A DNA stretch of 63,761 nt, counting the filler, from Pirum gemmata (lineage: Eukaryota): the NCBI GenBank assembly GCA_002812295.1. It is 19 parts of 19 records of this genome, joined end to end, with 100 filler letters (N's around TTAATTAATTAA, not from the genome) between each part and the next. Parts side by side here need not be neighbours in the genome. Positions count along the whole stretch, not along the records: positions 10,181 to 13,497 come from PDIN01002889.1; positions 13,598 to 16,876 come from PDIN01002890.1; positions 16,977 to 20,235 come from PDIN01002891.1; positions 20,336 to 23,635 come from PDIN01002892.1; positions 23,736 to 27,051 come from PDIN01002893.1; 14 more parts are not named here. The stretch is one strand, 5' to 3'. Position 1 is the first letter of the stretch. Every line of letters starts with the position of its first letter. This document shows positions 13,135 through 26,020 of the stretch, in pieces. Both the position numbers and the translations under genes were made by a program. The notes below the pieces were generated by a model. The model was not told the origin of the DNA, ran no database searches, and saw only the letters and a program-made list of their open reading frames with translations.

Positions 13135-13204
13135 AAAGATAATAGAAAAGAAGTCTAAAAAAAATGATTTCTACCAGTTTTATTCGGCTTGGCTGTTAGG
13201 GTTC

Positions 13205-13249
<45 letters not shown>

Positions 13250-13597
13250 AGAAATTTTCGATTTCTTCTGTTTATATAATATTATTATTATTATTATGAT
13301 AGACTAATAGTAATAATAATAACTGATCCCAACGAGGCAAAGTGATACACTACCAGTATGAACTGTATGATAGGTCTCGGTTACTAAATTTAAAATAATA
13401 TTACACCCATTATAGATTGAGATTCTTACTTTTTTTTTTTTTTTAAAAAAAAAATGAATAACACTCATTAATTATGAGAAGTCATTTCTCATTTCTTNNN
13501 NNNNNNNNNNNNNNNNNNNNNNNNNNNNNNNNNNNNNNNNNTTAATTAATTAANNNNNNNNNNNNNNNNNNNNNNNNNNNNNNNNNNNNNNNNNNNN

Positions 13598-13846
13598 GTA
13601 TTGTTGTATTGTTGTATTGTTGTATTGTTGTATTGCTGTGTTGTTGAATTGTTGTATTGTTGAATTGTTGTATTGTTGTTGTATTGTTGTATTGTTGTAT
13701 TGTTGAATTGTTGTATTGTTGAATTGTTGCATTGTTGTTGTATTGTTGTATTGTTGTATTGTTGAATTGGTATATTGTTGAATTGTTGTATTGTTGTTGT
13801 ATTGTTGTATTGTTGTATTGTTGTATTGTTGTATTGTTGTATTGTT
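13598..13846. repeat. (TGTTGTAT)n 8-mer satellite
   Basis: Directly visible periodicity. Confidence 0.92.
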
Positions 13847-14063
13847 GACTACTGGTCTAAACTAGTCTACAACTTCTGAAAGTTTGAATGAAAACAAAGC
13901 ATTTCCCCCAAAATAAATCAACAAATTTTCGAGCTTTTTTTCTGGGTTTTCACAGGTACAAAATTAAAAACCCATTTGAAAAAAGTGATTCTACAGCAGT
14001 TAGCTAGAATGATGAGTGACACGAGAATCATAATTTGCAATGAAATGAGCTTCAAAAGAACAC

Positions 14064-14125
<62 letters not shown>

Positions 14126-14149
14126 TATAATAATAATAATAATAATAAT

Positions 14150-14735
14150 ATTCTCAACATATTATCAAAAATACTACAAAAACTAATTCAAAAAAGATTA
14201 CTGAAACACCTAAATGTTAACAAAATAATTAGCGATAATCAATCTGGATTCCTAGCAAAAAGACACACAAGGGATATTTTATTTCGAATCATACAGGGGC
14301 AGTAGTTGGGGCAGTATACCATCAACCAAAAATCAAAAATCAAACAACGGCAACAATTTTTCTTGGGCATGTTATACGATATTGAAAAAACTTTTGACAA
14401 AATATGGCATGCCGGACTTATTTCTAAAATCAAACAACTTGGCACCCCGATTTACTTAGTAAATTGGATCACCACACTACCTACAAGGTCGAATTTACCA
14501 AACTAGGTACCATTATTCATACTCCACCGTACAAAACATCACAACAGGAGTCTTATTCTTAATCTTTATTAACGACCTGGCTTTACAGCTAGAACAAACA
14601 TCAAATGTACCAAAAATAGGACTTTGCGCAGATGACCTTACAGGCTTTGGAACATTTATGAGCAAAAAGCAAGCAGAACTAGCTGCACAAAATATGCTTG
14701 ACATCATAGCTGCATGGATGGATAAATGGTATAAT
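14150..14735 (+). mobile_element. Degenerate non-LTR (LINE) reverse transcriptase
   Basis: LSKILQKLI..RL...QSGF, DIEKTFDKIWHAGL, TGV-LFLIFINDL, CADDL, WMDKW. Contains an in-frame TAG and frameshifts. Confidence 0.9.
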
Positions 14736-15152
14736 ACACGAAACTCAGTATACCAAAAACCAAATATTTACTCATCACATCACCCAAGATTCCTATATGA
14801 AATCAAGGGCACACACTGGGGAGAGAATTCCAACACACAGATCAATCATCAATCAGCTTTACCAATTATAATGATGAGTAAAACTAATATTATATGATAT
14901 ATTATTTATACTTATTATACATTATATTATATTTAAATGAAGAAGTATAAAGATAAATATTATACGAGTTATACTAACAAACGCTATGTATTATCGTATA
15001 TAACATATAATATTATAATTGATTAATATTTACATTAAAATTTATAGTCAGCTATCTGATTTATTGTCACACTCTATAATACAATACATATACATAATAT
15101 TATTATAATAGAAAGTCTACTCATTATATATAATTAAAAATAATTGATTTGT

Positions 15153-16505
15153 TTAATTAATATTAATGGGGTTTTCTTTTGCAGTAAAATCGCTATGATC
15201 AAAAATAGGGCTACAATCATTTGTCCCCAATTTTACAATGCCATGTTCCGGAAAAGCTTGATGTTCGTGATGATTAGCTATCGCATTTCGTTTTTTAATA
15301 CCATAAACTACACCAGCGACAACACCAACCAAAGCAACTGCACCACAGGCAGCTCCGATTGCAGGAATCAAAACACTATTGCTATTAACGTTATCGTCAT
15401 TTGCGTTACTCTCTACCATCAATTCTTGAACATTTCTCTGGTCAGCTTCAGTGGTAGTACTGATACTGGTAGTGTTGGTGTGGGTGGTCGTGGGTGTGGT
15501 CGTGGGTGTGGCCGTGATAGTATTTCTAATAATTTGAGTCATTTCCACAATTGCAGGTAAATCAGTATTATCTATCATGGATGTAGTAGTTGTTTCCAAA
15601 GTTAAAGCGTTAGGTTTGTCAACTTTTTCTTCTTTGCCTTTCCAAACTTTGGTGCAAATGTTATTAATACATTTATAACACAAATAGGCAACAGTGGCTG
15701 CGCAAAGTACGATAACTTTGTTTTGAAGATCACTTTTACTTTTTAGGTTGTTTTCTCCTTGTGGTGGTGATGATGGTGACCTTTGTGATCCACCATCCAT
15801 ACGTTGTTGAGGAGGTGCTTGTGCTTGTGCTTGTGCTACATCTACAACTGGCGTTTCAATCATCATTTGCTGTGTTGGTGGGAGTGCCGCTGGTTTCATT
15901 GGCCGCTGGGGTACTGCGCCCATTTCAACCTGCTGGGGTGCTGCGCCCATTTTTACCTGCTGGGGTGTTGCGCCCATTTTTACCTGCTGGGGCGCGGATG
16001 GCGATGGGTTAGCCCATCTTTCTAAGCTGATCATTTCCGCATGCACACGTTCTGGGGCAGGAACCTTTGCATTTAGAGTATCTTTGTGTAATTCCATTCT
16101 TTTCTCCCAAATAAAACTTGCGCTTGGATCTAGCGATCCTGGTGTAGATGGAACATAACATTTTTCTATTTCAACAGCGGTTTCTTGTACATAACACTCT
16201 GACCCACATTCTCTTTCACAGTCTTTATCGTGAACAAGATTGTAAAAATTGTCATATGGATGTTTGGTATCCTGGTTTAGGACGGGCCGAGCGGCATATT
16301 TTCTTAATTTGCATAACTTTCTAACTTCCTCGTAACATACATTGCCAGCCAAATAATAATCCAAGTGTTGTATTACATCTCTGGAAAATTGAGTTTCATC
16401 GACATCAAAACCTAAATTATAAAGGCCAACTTGTTCGTAGACAAATTCATACTTTGACATGGCTAGTGCCCCCAACATCGCTTTCATTCCCCATTTTCCC
16501 AACAT
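15153..16505 (-). CDS. Intronless orphan membrane protein (PQQVKMGA repeats, Thr-rich stalk, C-terminal TM segment)
   Basis: Long GC-richer ORF with first ATG at 16505. Hydrophobic segment VLIPAIGAACGAVALVGVVAGVVYGI followed by KKR. The start codon is uncertain. Confidence 0.8.
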   Translation of the reverse strand: MLGKWGMKAMLGALAMSKYEFVYEQVGLYNLGFDVDETQFSRDVIQHLDYYLAGNVCYEEVRKLCKLRKYAARPVLNQDTKHPYDNFYNLVHDKDCERECGSECYVQETAVEIEKCYVPSTPGSLDPSASFIWEKRMELHKDTLNAKVPAPERVHAEMISLERWANPSPSAPQQVKMGATPQQVKMGAAPQQVEMGAVPQRPMKPAALPPTQQMMIETPVVDVAQAQAQAPPQQRMDGGSQRSPSSPPQGENNLKSKSDLQNKVIVLCAATVAYLCYKCINNICTKVWKGKEEKVDKPNALTLETTTTSMIDNTDLPAIVEMTQIIRNTITATPTTTPTTTHTNTTSISTTTEADQRNVQELMVESNANDDNVNSNSVLIPAIGAACGAVALVGVVAGVVYGIKKRNAIANHHEHQAFPEHGIVKLGTNDCSPIFDHSDFTAKENPININ

Positions 16506-16796
16506 AATAATATTAATAAATTTCAAAAATACCGAAGTAGAAAAAGAACAAAATTGTAAAAATAATATTCCCAAAATTATAAAAAAAAAAGAAGTAAATA
16601 TATATTTTATTATTTTTAATTATTTGTTTGTTTATATTATAATATATATATATATTTTTATTTATGTATAATATCCGAGGCCTATATGATACCAGTATAT
16701 ATAGTATCATTGGGATGTATATATCAGTTAATAGACCTCTAGCTAGTAGCTAGTAGTTGATAGTACTTGATACAGCTAGCTACTATAGCTAGTAGG

Positions 16797-16831
<35 letters not shown>

Positions 16832-16977
16832 GGAAGGAATTTTTGTAATTTTTTTTTTTTTTTTTTTTTTTTTTTTNNNNNNNNNNNNNNNNNNNNNNNN
16901 NNNNNNNNNNNNNNNNNNNNTTAATTAATTAANNNNNNNNNNNNNNNNNNNNNNNNNNNNNNNNNNNNNNNNNNNNC

Positions 16978-17012
<35 letters not shown>

Positions 17013-17074
17013 ACAACATTCTAAGTTATATGAGGTTAAGGTACAAAAGCTATATTTAGATAAACATATATATA

Positions 17075-18497
17075 TTAAAAACCTTCTTCACTTTCTTCAA
17101 AGTCTGAATATTCATCGGCAGACTCGTTATCATCGCTATCATCCTCATTACTAATACTTTCGCCAGCACAATCATCTTCTAAATTCGTTATAACAGACAA
17201 CGCGATCGTAATGTTTTCAAACAAATCGTGTGCTCTTTTATTACCAGGGTCTAGCTCTAAAACGGTTTCTATGTCTGTTTCCAATTGTCACATAAAGGCA
17301 TATAACAATTATTACACATAATGATATTAATTTATTATAATAGTTAGTATTGGTATTTAAGTTAGATAAGCATTGAAGACAAATAAATTATATAACACAT
17401 ATACATCATTATTTAGGTCATAAAACTAATAAAATAAAATAAATACAATACTCTTTTTCGCTGTTACATAATCTTTAAGTTCCATGTTTGAGAGTGCAAT
17501 ATGAAAGTATCCCTTAATCAACTTTGGATCTAAAACTGTAGCTATAGAGCAATCTTTCAAACAACTTTTATAGCTGGTCATAAATAATTTAGATAATTGA
17601 TATAGTGTAAAATATATAGGTGAATACAAAATGTGGAAAAGTACAAATAGAAAATTTACTCATTTTTTTATTTGATAATGTGCTGAATTATTTATAAAAG
17701 ACAAATTAAATAAATAAATAAAGGTGAATCTAACTTTGGAAAAATATTAATACAACTTTCACACCAAATTTATTGATGAATATTATACATGTTTCTAGAA
17801 TAAAAACGGTGAATACAATTTATACTATGAAAAAATAAATATTTATAGTGGTACTAATATATGTTTAATAAACAAGTTCACTTTTTTTTTTTATTATGCG
17901 CTGAATTAATTACGATTAAAAAAAAAGTAGTAAATAAAACTGTGAAAAATACATATTTATAATAGAATAATAAGTGTGTAATTATAAAAAGGTTTATTTT
18001 TTATTATACGATGAATTAATTAAGATTATATACTATTATATAATTATATAAAGGTGAACACAATGATGATAATATGCCAATACAAGATTTACACCAAATT
18101 TTAAATATTTATAATATTTATTTTTAAAAAAATTGAAGTAAAAAAAAAACGCTTACTCTTTTATTTTATAATGCGCTATGCCACGATTGTTCCAAAAAAT
18201 GGGGTTCGTTCCATCCAAATCTATTGCTGATGAATACTTTTTTATGGCTTGATGATATTCCATTTTTTTAAAATACTCATTTCCCTATTTGCAATTATTT
18301 ATAAAAGATAATTTTAAAAATAAAAGAGAAAGTGTTATATTCAGCGTTAAAAAAAACAGAGAGAATTTGTGATAATTATAATATATGTATATTTACACTC
18401 TTAATAACAAAAGAATAAGAGTTAATTAAATTGATTCTAAAAATATATGTTGCAGCTACCCTACCTTAATTTTGTACTGTTCTGCAATTGCACTCAT
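17075..18497 (-). CDS. TPR-repeat protein (3 TPRs + acidic tail), ~160 aa, 4 exons
   Basis: Exons 18497-18465, 18284-18157, 17573-17452 and 17274-17075, all GT-AG with consistent phases. AEQYKIKGNEYFKKMEYHQAIKKYSSAIDLDGTNPIFWNNRGIAHYK...VLDPKLIKGYF...VLELDPGN. Confidence 0.9.
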
Positions 18498-18583
18498 ATT
18501 GAAATATTGTAAATTTCTAGAATCTTGATGCCGCTAATTTTATTAGTAATATTATTACACTACAATTATTATTATTATTACAC

Positions 18584-18620
<37 letters not shown>

Positions 18621-18791
18621 GTGCTTTTCGTTTATTTTGTCACTCTGAATATTATTTGGTGTGCTATAACCTTCAAATTGTTAAATAAATAAACAAATAA
18701 TAAATACCAAATTAAATTAAATGGTGTTATATTGTATTAATTTAGTAACTCTTTATTGTATATTTATGATGACAAAACAACCGAAAAGCAC
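18621..18791 (+). mobile_element. MITE family B copy (~170-190 bp)
   Basis: TIR GTGCTTTTC / GAAAAGCAC. Copies or fragments at ~1524, 27790, 28985, 29355, 54024, 54182, 54506 and 58444. Confidence 0.85.
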
Positions 18792-18975
18792 TATAATAAC
18801 AATAACAATAAAAAAATAAAAATTATTGGTTATTGGTTATTGGTTATTATCTTTTAACTATTATTATAATTATTATTATTATTCTTTGTTTGGTTTTAAT
18901 TAATAGGGTTTATTTTTAATTTTAATAGGGTTTATTTTTAATTTTATTTTTTGAAGTTTATAATGTATTTAGTCC

Positions 18976-19205
18976 CCTAACGCTAACGCTAACGCTAATG
19001 CTAACGTTAACGCTAACACTAACACTAACACTGAACTTAACCCTACCGCTAACCCCAATGCTAACGCTAACGCTAACGCTAACCTTAACCGTAATGCTAA
19101 CACTAATGCTAACACTAATGCTAACGCTAACGCTAACGCTAACGCTAACGCTAACGCTAACGCTAACGCTAACGCTAACGCTAACGCTAACCCTGACGCT
19201 AACGA
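18976..19205. repeat. (CTAACG)n telomere-variant hexamer tract
   Basis: Directly visible periodicity, one substitution from CTAACC. Confidence 0.9.
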
Positions 19206-19291
19206 AAACTATCCTAAGAAACCAGAAATTTTATTGAATAAAAAAAATATACAAGAATAAAAAAAATATTCAAGAATAACAAAAATAGCAA

Positions 19292-19739
19292 ATATGATTT
19301 ATACTACCAAATATGATATTTATACTACCAAATATAATTTTAATACACAAATAATACCAAATATGATATTAACACTACCAAATACGATATTACTATTGCC
19401 AAATATGATATTAATGCTACCAAATATAATATTAATACTACCAAATATGATATTCTTACTACTGACTACGATATTAATACTACCAAATATGATATTCATA
19501 CTACCAGCTATGATATTTATACTGCCAAATATGATATTAATACTACCAAATATGATATTAATACTACCAAATGTGATATTAATACTACCACCTATGATAT
19601 TAATACTGCCAAATATGATATTTATACTACTAAATATGATATTTATACTACAAAATATGATATTTATACTGCCAAGTATGATATTTACACTGCCAAGTAT
19701 GATATTTATACTACCAAATATGATATTTATACTACTAAA
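19292..19739. repeat. 21-bp minisatellite, about 21 copies
   Basis: Consensus ATGATATTTATACTACCAAAT. Confidence 0.93.
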
Positions 19740-19902
19740 CCAAAACCTAACCCTAAACTTAACCGTAACCGTAACCGTAACTGTAACCGTAATCGTAACC
19801 GTAACCGTAACCGTAACCGTAACCGTGACCGTAACCGTGACCGTAACCGTAACCATCGCAACCGTAACCGTAACCGTAACCGTAACCGTAACCGTTGTTG
19901 TT

Positions 19903-19940
<38 letters not shown>

Positions 19941-20139
19941 ATTGTGTGCTGCTGCTGTTGTTGTTGTTGTTGTTTGGTTGTTCTTGTTGTTCTTGTCTGT
20001 TGTTGTTCTTGTTGTTTTTATTTTTATTTTATTATTATTGTTATTATTATTTTTTTTTTTGTTGTTGTTGTTGGTGATCATAATCCAGGGTTCGTTATTA
20101 TCATTATCATTCATTTTATATTTGTTTATTTATTTATAG

Positions 20140-20206
20140 TTATTTGCATGGAAAAGGAATAGTCCACCGTGATCTTAATCCAGAAAGTTTTCGTTTAGAT
20201 AAAGAG
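20140..20206 (+). CDS. Protein kinase-like catalytic-loop exon (partial gene)
   Basis: TATAG acceptor, YLHGKGIVHRDLNPESFRLDKE, GTGAGT donor. Confidence 0.8.
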
Positions 20207-20877
20207 GTGAGTTTATTATTATTATTATTATTATTNNNNNNNNNNNNNNNNNNNNNNNNNNNNNNNNNNNNNNNNNNNNTTAATTAATTAANNNNNNNNN
20301 NNNNNNNNNNNNNNNNNNNNNNNNNNNNNNNNNNNTTTTTTTCTTTTTTTTTTTTATTTAGATTATTTTTTTATCAATAATCAAAAAAAAAAAAAAATAT
20401 ATTGAACTTAATTTATTTATTTTATTTATTTTATTTAATTTTTATTTAATTTTATTTAATTTTTATTTATTTTTATTTATTTTTATTTATTTTTATTTGT
20501 TTTATTTGTTTTATTTATTTTATTTATTTTATTTGTTTTATTTATTTTAGTCATTTAGTCATTTAGTCATTTAGTCATTTAGTCATTTAGTCATTTCATT
20601 TAGTCATTTATTTATTATTTTTATTTATGTATTATATTGATCATTTATTGTATTGATTATTTTGCTATTTTATTATTTTATTATTTTATTATTTTATCGT
20701 CTTACCATTTTATTATTTTATCGTCTTATCATTTTATTATTTTATTATTTTATTATTTTATTATTTTATCATTTTATCATTTATCATTTTATAATTTATT
20801 ATAGTGTGGAAATAAAAATTGAGCTATATCAATTTATTATCATTTTTACTTAAGAAAAAGAAGTCTAAATATTTAGG

Positions 20878-22814
20878 TTTTAATTTTTCGTATTATGGCA
20901 AAGTAATGGTTTGTAAACCAGAGACACCTTACAATGCTTCTCCCAACAACATTGGAGAGAAAAAAGAACAAGTTACAGAAGAAAGGTAATAATACTGATT
21001 GATTGATATGATAAAGCCATATATCTTGTGTGATTATTTATTGTGTATTGTGTATTGTGTATTTTTTATTATTGTTTATTGTTTATTGTTTATTTGTTTA
21101 TTGTTTATTGTTTATTGTTTATTGTTTATTGTTTATTGTTTATTGTTTATTATTTATTGTTCATTATTTATTGTTCATTAGTTATTGTTTATTGTATTTA
21201 ATATATTATGAAAACTTTATTTTTAACGTCTTTTACCTTCTTTGTTTTTAAACAATAGTTATTATTGGGGATTGCTAGAAATTACAGATTCGATAAACAA
21301 GTGTACTAAAGAGTTAGAACAACTTAAGAATGAAAAGTCCTCACCAGATATAGAAAAAAGACGTTTAGAATGTTTTGAAATCATTCAAACGCAACACCAG
21401 CTATTGCAAGCATACATGCACACTCATAGCGAAGTGACTTTAGAAGGAAAGTTGGATTCCACTGCTGCTAAAGGTTATTATTATTATTATTTATTATTAT
21501 TATTTAATATATATAAACTTTACTATAAGTATAAGTATAAGTACAAGTATAAGTATAAATATAAGTATAAGTATAAGTATAAGTATAAGTATAAGTATAA
21601 GTATAAGTATAAGTATAAGTATATAAGTATAAGTATAACTATAACTTAATAACTATAACTTAATAATTATAACTATAACTTAATAACTAGAACTAGAACT
21701 ATAACTTAATAACTATAACTAACTTAATGACCATAACTATAACTATAGCTCTTACTATAACTATAACTATAACTATAAATCTATAACTGTAAATGTAAGT
21801 ATAACTATAACTATAAATATAACCATAACCATAACTATAACTATAACTATAACTATAACTATAACTATAACTATAACTATAACTATAACTATAACTATAA
21901 CTACAACTATAACTATAACTACAACTTCAAATACAAATGTAACTTATAACTTATAACTTACACTAACTGTTACAATTACAATTACAATTATAATTACTGC
22001 TATACTACTACCACTACTACTACTACTACTACTACTATTACTATTACTATTACTATTACTATTACTATTACTATTGCTTTTACTATTACTATTACTATTA
22101 CTATTACTATTACTATTACTATTACTATTACTATTACTATTACGTTTACTATTACTCTTATTATTACTATTATTATTACTATTACTATTACCATTACCAT
22201 TACCATTACCATTACCATTACCATTACCATTACCATTATCATTGCCATTGCAAAGCTCTTAAGTAACTATTACTCAAAATATACATTGTTATTAAAATTT
22301 TCATATTTTTTAAACCTGATATACACAGAGTTTTTTAGTAAAAGCCAGGAGACTATGTCATCATCACCAACCCCTCTATCGTCATTTGGCTCTATTAATT
22401 ACTGCAATAATGTGAATGACCAAGGAAACAAGGGTACAAAGGTTCACAGCGAACGTAATAACGATAATAATATTGATAATAACACTGATAATAATGATAA
22501 TAATGATAATAAGGAGAATAATAGGGAGAATGAGAATAATAGCAATAGTAATAATGATAATGATAATAATAGTAATAATGCTAATAATGAAAGTAATGAT
22601 AGTGATAATGATAATGATAATGATAATGAGAGTAATATTAATGATGGCAATGATTTGTTATTCCATAGTTGTGAAGAAGTAAACACAGTATTACTTAGTG
22701 AAGATGAAGGTCATTATCATGTGTTCGATGGCATGGTTAACGAAGAAGAACTCCTTCCTGAAAGTGAGTTTAATAATTACCACAATAACAACAACAACAA
22801 CAGCAACAACAACA

Positions 22815-22869
<55 letters not shown>

Positions 22870-23582
22870 AAAAAACAATGAAATTACCAGTGATGATGAT
22901 GATGATCCAATTTATATGGATGCTGATGCAGTTGATGAAGACGGTTATATAGATATTCAAAAGTTAGTTTCCACAAAAATGCCCAACGCTATGGCAGAAT
23001 GGAAACAAGCTTGTGAAGAATCCGAAAGAAAACAAAAAGAGCAACTTCGGGAAAAGCACGAACGTAATAACAAACCTACATTACCATCATCACAACCTCC
23101 ATTATTACCATCTACACAACCTCCAGCATTACCAGCTCCTCGATCCTTTTCCGGTGGAGAGAGATCGAAAAGATTGTTTCGTTCGAATAACAATGTATTA
23201 TTAAGTAAAAGCAATAGTTCGAATTACAATAGTTCAGTTGTCAATTCTGTTAGTGCCAATACTAGTGCCAGCAAGTTGGTATATTCCAGTACGAGTAGTA
23301 GTAATAGTAGTAATAGTAGCTGTGATTATGATTACAGACAAAAGTACAATGACATTAATAAAAATGAGTCCACTCGTCGTACTTATACCTACAATACGAA
23401 AAGCAATTCTGGATCCAATGCAAAAGCTATCGTTAAGCCTAAGAATCCTATTTACGACAGAGCAAGAAGACCAGGTAGTATGTCCAGACCCACGCGCCCT
23501 CCACCTTACCAATCTACGCCACAAACAGAGAAGTTTCCGACCGGTTTGAGGTCAAAAAGCAATCCTAGTATGGATGATATTG
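20878..23582 (+). CDS. Partial multi-exon gene, Asn/Ser/Pro-rich largely disordered protein
   Basis: Exons ~20878-20986 (acceptor uncertain), 21259-21473 and 22329-23582, with compatible phases and GT-AG boundaries. Both ends lie outside the contig. Confidence 0.75.
21524..22240. repeat. Compound intronic hexamer microsatellite
   Basis: Blocks of AAGTAT, AACTAT, ATTACA, ACTATT and ACCATT. Confidence 0.92.
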
Positions 23583-24188
23583 GTAAGACTTTGTACTTGC
23601 AATTTAATAATTACTACTTTATTATTATTATTTATNNNNNNNNNNNNNNNNNNNNNNNNNNNNNNNNNNNNNNNNNNNNTTAATTAATTAANNNNNNNNN
23701 NNNNNNNNNNNNNNNNNNNNNNNNNNNNNNNNNNNTTTCTTTTTTTTTTTATTTTTTTTTTCCTTTTTTCCTTTTTTTCTCAGTTTTTTCCTGTTTAGAA
23801 TAGATACTATGATAGCTAGTATAGATAATACCCCAGTAGACTAGAATCTAGCTAGCTAGCTAGACTAGTAGTGTCTATCATTCTATGAGTAGGTAGTCTA
23901 TCACTGTCTATGACATTGTATTGATATCAGATATCATATCATAGTCAGATAGTCGTGAGTGAAAATAGCCATCTTGTATTTCATAACTACAACTTATATA
24001 AAAAAAAGGTATAAAAGGTGACACATTTTGTAGAAAATATAAAAAAACTAAAAACAATCGTAGACCCTCTATTCTTAGTTTTTTTCATTATCGTCTAAAT
24101 AAACACAAGAAAACAATTAAAAAAATAAAAAAATAAAAAAGAAAAGAAAACGAATATAAAAAAGCAATAAGCAATTAGCGAAAACGAA

Positions 24189-26020
24189 ATGTCTGAATTT
24201 CACAACGATTACATTAAAGAAGATTCTAAAAAGGATTTTCCTACTGATGACCACTCTGTAAGTATTAAAATTTTGTTAGTCTATTGTTTTTGAATTTCAT
24301 TCATAAACAATGGCAACCATTTGCCCTGTTTGTTTTCTTGTTTACAAAGCCTTTTCTTTTTATGCTGTAAATAAAATATTAAAATATTATAATCTAGCTT
24401 TGAATTCAATCCCATTCGTAAAACAAAATGTTACCGATTGCTAATTGGAATCCCACACTTTTTTTTTAATCTTAGGTTTTGGGAATTGATGAGAAAGAAA
24501 AATATGAGAATATTTCTAAAACCGGTTACCCTGATGCGAAAATCAAACCCTTCGTTTACGTTGCTGCCGCGGTAGCTGCCTTCGGTGGCCTATTGTTTGG
24601 TTATGACATTGGTGGATCTGGAGGTACTTTTGTAATGGAAGGTTTCCGAGATCATTTTGGTTGGCCGCAAGACGAAACCCCGGAATGGGTTTCCGATCAA
24701 CAAGGTTGGATTAATAGTTTGTTTACCATTGGGGCTTTGGTTGGGGCTCTCGGTGCAGGTACCATGGCAGATCTGATTGGTCGTAAAAAATTACTCATGT
24801 TAGATTGTGTTATATTTGTTATTGGTACTGGCTTACAGACTGGTGCTGTAAATATGGACATGATGTACGTAGGTAGAGTTATTGGTGGTATTGCAATCGG
24901 TAGTTTGAGTTGCGTAGTTACTATGTATCAATCAGAAGTCGCTCCAGATAAAATTAGAGGAAGTCTTGTAACTTTGCAACAGCTATGTATTACTTTTGGT
25001 ATTGTACTTGCTGCTTCGTGTAATCTTGGATTTAAAGAATTTGAAAATGGTTGGCGGTTGTCTTATGGTGGTAACATAATTTTTGCCATCGCTATGTTCT
25101 TTTTAATGATTTTCTTAGATGATTCTCCGAGATGGTTGGTTTCAAAGGGAAAAATTGAAGAAGCCAGATCCGCTTTGAAAAGATTAAGACAGCCCTATGA
25201 AGTTGAAAGAGAGTTAAACCTGATTCAACTGTCTCTTGAAGAGCAACGAGCAATTGGAGAAGGTTCATGGCGAGAAGTATTTAGCAACCAACAAAACATG
25301 CTTTACCGTCTTTTTATAGGTTGCGGTGGTCAATTTCTTCAACAGTTTTGTGGAATCAACGCAATCATGTTCTTTGCACCTTCCATTATCGATTTATTTT
25401 TTGGAGCTGATACGGCTATATACGGAAATTTAGCTATCTCATCTTGTAATTTTCTTGCCACTTTTATCGCCATTGCATTAATTGATAAAGTTGGCCGTGT
25501 GTCTTTGTTATTCTGGGGTGGTATAGGTATGAGTTTTGGAACATTATCTGTTTGCATTTTATCTTCACCTGCTGTTCCTTACGAAACTAACCAGACCGTT
25601 GGTATCTTCATTATTGTGTTTTGCACTATATATGTTATCAACTTTGCTTACTCTTGGGGTCCAGTTATTTGGGTTGTCTGCTCAGAAATCTATCCTCAAC
25701 GTCTTCGTGGTAAAGCTATGTCACTTAGTACCGCTACTAATTGGGCCTGTGCAAGTGTTGTAGGCAGAGTTACACCTATTATGTATCGTAAGGAAAATTT
25801 GGACTTATGGGGTACCTTCTTGTTCTTTGGTGCATTCTGTATTACGCTTATCTTCTTCACTAGATTATTTGTTCCTGAAACTGCTGGTGTCCCGTTAGAA
25901 AAAATAGACAAAGTTTTTGAACAATATAAAGTCGGTTGTCGTCATAAACCACACGACCTTTCAGAAGATAGCTCTGCTAGAGTAAATGAAAAATCTCAAT
26001 CCTTCTCTGTACAAGCCTAG
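24189..26020 (+). CDS. MFS sugar porter family transporter, ~537 aa, 2 exons
   Basis: Exon 1 24189-24257 (GTAAGT donor), exon 2 24476-26020. Motifs GGLLFGYDIG, DLIGRK, YQSEVAP..RG, SPRWL, QQFCGINAI, DKVGR, WGPVIW..SEIYP..RG and VPETAG. Confidence 0.97.

Noticed and set aside
14300..14310. In-frame stops in coding-like DNA as an alternative genetic code
   Set aside because: They occur only in decayed sequences. Intact genes have no internal stops and terminate with TAA, TAG or TGA.
19294..20139. 281-aa and 264-aa ORFs and the many similar low-complexity ORFs
   Set aside because: Translations of mini- and microsatellites whose periods avoid stop codons.
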